Assembly: GCA_009914755.4 (NCBI GenBank)
Contig: CP068257.2
Span: forward strand, 38,112,001 to 38,176,000
Origin: the human T2T-CHM13v2.0 reference genome, Homo sapiens
Direction: 5' to 3'
DNA: 64,000 nucleotides
Shown: one piece after another, positions 60,669-64,000 of the stretch
Position numbering within the stretch: position 1 is the first letter of the stretch
How the letters are laid out: every line of letters begins with the position of its first letter
The notes under the pieces: model-generated
Seen by the model: the letters and a program-made list of their open reading frames with translations, nothing else
Databases searched by the model: none
What the model was told of the DNA's origin: nothing
Position numbers and translations under genes: made by a program

Positions 60669-62857
60669 GTAAGTTTGAAACCACATCTATTTTCTGAAAA
60701 CAAAACAAAAAAAATTGAACAACAACAATAATAACAACAATACGTACACACAACTGCGGGATTTTTGGATTTATGTTATCCAGAATTAAGTACCGGAGGT
60801 AGACAATGCTGAAAAACACGTATGCCGATCACAAACTCATAGGGCAACATGAACTGTGGGATGAAACAGATGGGTTGCCACTGCCTACCTTTGACTTGCT
60901 CTGGTTCCCTTAGGGAAATGGAGATTTTCTTAGTGTCTGGCATTTGCAGCTCTTTCCACAAGAGGACACTGTGCACCATGACTATCATCCCGCCTGCTGT
61001 GGGCGGAGGCCAGGGCCACCGGCAGAGGTCCTGCTGGAATTTCTGGGATAGTGGAGAGCAGTGAGCCAAGCCGGATGCCTGCAAGTCACGTGAAACTGTC
61101 CAGGCAGACAAATTAGGCAGTGTTCGGTGCTCATTCAGCCGTGGGGAGCGGACGGGACGGAAAAATTCCTTTCATTCCCAGGCTGCCCAGAAGTAGCTGC
61201 AAGCACTTTTAAGGTAACTGTGTCAAGGACTTACAATAAGTAGCCAGTAACCCTTTTAAATGTCTGCAATGTTAACATAGCCATATGTGCACCAAGGGGA
61301 GGGTTTTTTAGACAGACGTTGTTTGTTGTGGGTAATATAACAACACATGTAGTTATCAGTATTTTATTAGAATATTTACATTTTTAAGTGCTGAGATTCT
61401 AAAATACCTTTTGGCTACATTCTGTGAATGAATATGGACAATCACCATGTGGCAAAGGTTATCCCTTCTCCCTCTGACCCCTGGCAATTGTGAAGTTTGG
61501 AGAGAGGACACCACCAAGCAGCAGTCTGAAAATATTTCTCCTTTGAGGCCTGACTTAGGGCAAGGGAAGAGGAAGAAAAATAGACCCTGATAATTATTCT
61601 GGCATTTCTCTTGATTGCTACTACCAGCGGAATGGAAGCCTGGACTCTCGGTTCACCATTGTTGACTGTGCCAACATCTTCCATTTCTGTTCTCTGGGGT
61701 CTTAGGTGATTTGAAAGCACAGTAAAGTGATCAATAGCTACTCAGGATAATGGGTAGAGGATAACAACAACTATAGAATATGACACTGGGAGCATGAGAA
61801 AAGCTAGTATATCTTGAGTGCCTGATGTACATGCCAGGTACTCACTGTTGCATGCTTTGTAGAATTTTTTGTCTGAATGTGAACTGGACGGGCCCACCTC
61901 AGGGCTTGGGCACCTTTGTTTCCGTGCAGCCCTTGAACTTAGGTGAGACTGCATTAAGCTCCAGAGGGATAATGGGGGTTGCCCACTGAATAATCCAACC
62001 CCACTTGCTTTCCCCTTTCACGATGTCCATGGTGCTCACTCCAGCTGCTTGAGGACTTCTTTTGCATTAAAATAATTAAAATTATATGTATATAATTGTA
62101 TGTTTATTATGGAAAAAAATCAATGCATGTTTATTTTTAGAAAAAATAAATATAAAGATAGGCACAAGAAATAGTTTAAAAAAATCACCCACACTTCTAT
62201 AGTTCCAAAGTAATTATTGTTAACTAACTATGTATGTACCTATGTACTCAAATGTTCATGTATATACCCATAGATATGCACACAAAGCATTTTGTGAAAT
62301 TTGGATTATAGTAACCATTAATTCATAGCTTGCTCTTTTCACTTTGCACATTCTGAAGATTATTTCTGTTAACAAATACTTGCCCACAGCATTTTTGTAG
62401 TATTTGTTTGCTAGTTTTAGATAGATACTTTTAAGTACAGAAAAGTGCACACGTTACAGGTGTGTAGCTTGATCAGGTTTCACAAAAAGCACAAATGCCT
62501 GGGCTTGATGGCAGAAATTCACAGCTAGAACATCCTCAGCATCCCCAAAGCCCCCTAGACCCCGGTCAAATTGCTGCCTACCCCTCCTCCCCAAAGGTGA
62601 CATTCTTCTGACATCTTTCCCACATCCCCAGAGATTAGGTGCATGCATCAATGGCGTCATTTTGTGTATACTCATTTATGTCTGCCTTCTTGAGCCTCTC
62701 ACTGTGAGACTGATCCATACCGTGGCACGTGAGTGTCAGTGGCTCATTATTATGTAATATTACATTCTGGGCACATATGCAATTTATTTTTACCTTTTGC
62801 TTTAAATGGGTGTTTGAATAGTTTTCAGGTTGGGACCATTACAAACACTACTGCTCT

Positions 62858-63165
<308 letters not shown>

Positions 63166-64000
63166 ACAACTACTCTGAGTACTATTGTAGGAGTCTTTTG
63201 GTGAACATAAGTACTCATTTCTGTTTGGTTCTGTGGGGAAATACAGCTGATCCTCTTTATCTGCAGGTTCCACATCCTCTGATTCAACCAACAATGGATC
63301 AAAAATATTTGAAAAAATATACAACAGTAAAAAGTAATACAAAATAAAGAAGCAGTACAGTATAACAACTATTTGCATAGCATTTACATTGTATTAGGTA
63401 TTATAAATAATCTGGGCATAATTTAAAATATATGGGAGGATGTGTGTATGTTATATGCATATGCAAATCCTACACCATTTTATATCAGAGACTTGAGCAT
63501 TTGCAAATTTTGGTATCTGCAGGGGTCCTGGAATCAATCTCTAACAAATACCAAGGGAGACTGTATCTAGTCCTAAAAGCTGGGCCAGAAGGTAACGTAT
63601 CTTCAGCTTTAGACAGTGCCACATTTTTCCAAAGAAGGTGTACAGGCTTACACTCCCGCTAGCAGTGTGTGAGAGCTCTCATATGTAATAATTTTGACAG
63701 ATGCCATGGAATTCCATTTTAGAGAACCATCATCATTTATTTTACTAGTCCTCCCTGATTGGGCACTCGGTTGTTTGCAGTTTGCTTTTATAAATAGCTC
63801 ATGAATCAACATTCTTTCAAGTACATATTTATACATATCCTTGATTGTTTCCCTAGCATACATCCTTAGAGGTCAAGTGTGACTATTTAAAATTCTTTGG
63901 CGTTCCATTGCCAGACTTCCTTCCAGCCTCCAAACCCTAGGAGGCTGCACCAACTTTTGCTTTATTTCAGGAGTTGGCACATTTTTTCCATAAAAGGCCC

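Overview
This window is human genomic DNA, not a prokaryotic or accessory-genome locus. It is an intron-rich stretch of the IGSF5 (JAM4) gene, chr21q22-like, transcribed left to right. I can place six coding exons of IGSF5 on the + strand; the fifth exon is the transmembrane exon, and the last is a tentative 22-nt micro-exon. The first two coding exons lie in antisense inside a ~7.2 kb HERV-W processed pseudogene. The remaining ~95% is interspersed repeats: at least 16 Alu elements, several L1 fragments, THE1/MST-type LTR copies, MIR fragments and small microsatellites. One L1 carries a twin-priming 5' inversion nested in an older L1. The HERV-W copy has a 5' R-U5 without U3, a 3' U3-R followed by a poly(A) tail, and a perfect 12-bp target-site duplication, so it was retroposed by L1 machinery. 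Its gag and pol reading frames are on the minus strand and its env is almost entirely deleted. I found no evidence of any undescribed molecular system; the prompt's suggestion of one is not supported by the sequence. The most interesting observation is that the N-terminal 33 residues of human IGSF5 ([33 protein letters not shown]) are encoded by antisense HERV-W leader and U5 sequence. The ORF track includes TTG/CTG starts, and most of its ORFs are repeat-derived or spurious. Repeat boundaries were placed by eye and are accurate to about 10-30 bp. Family assignments rest on my recall of consensus sequences.
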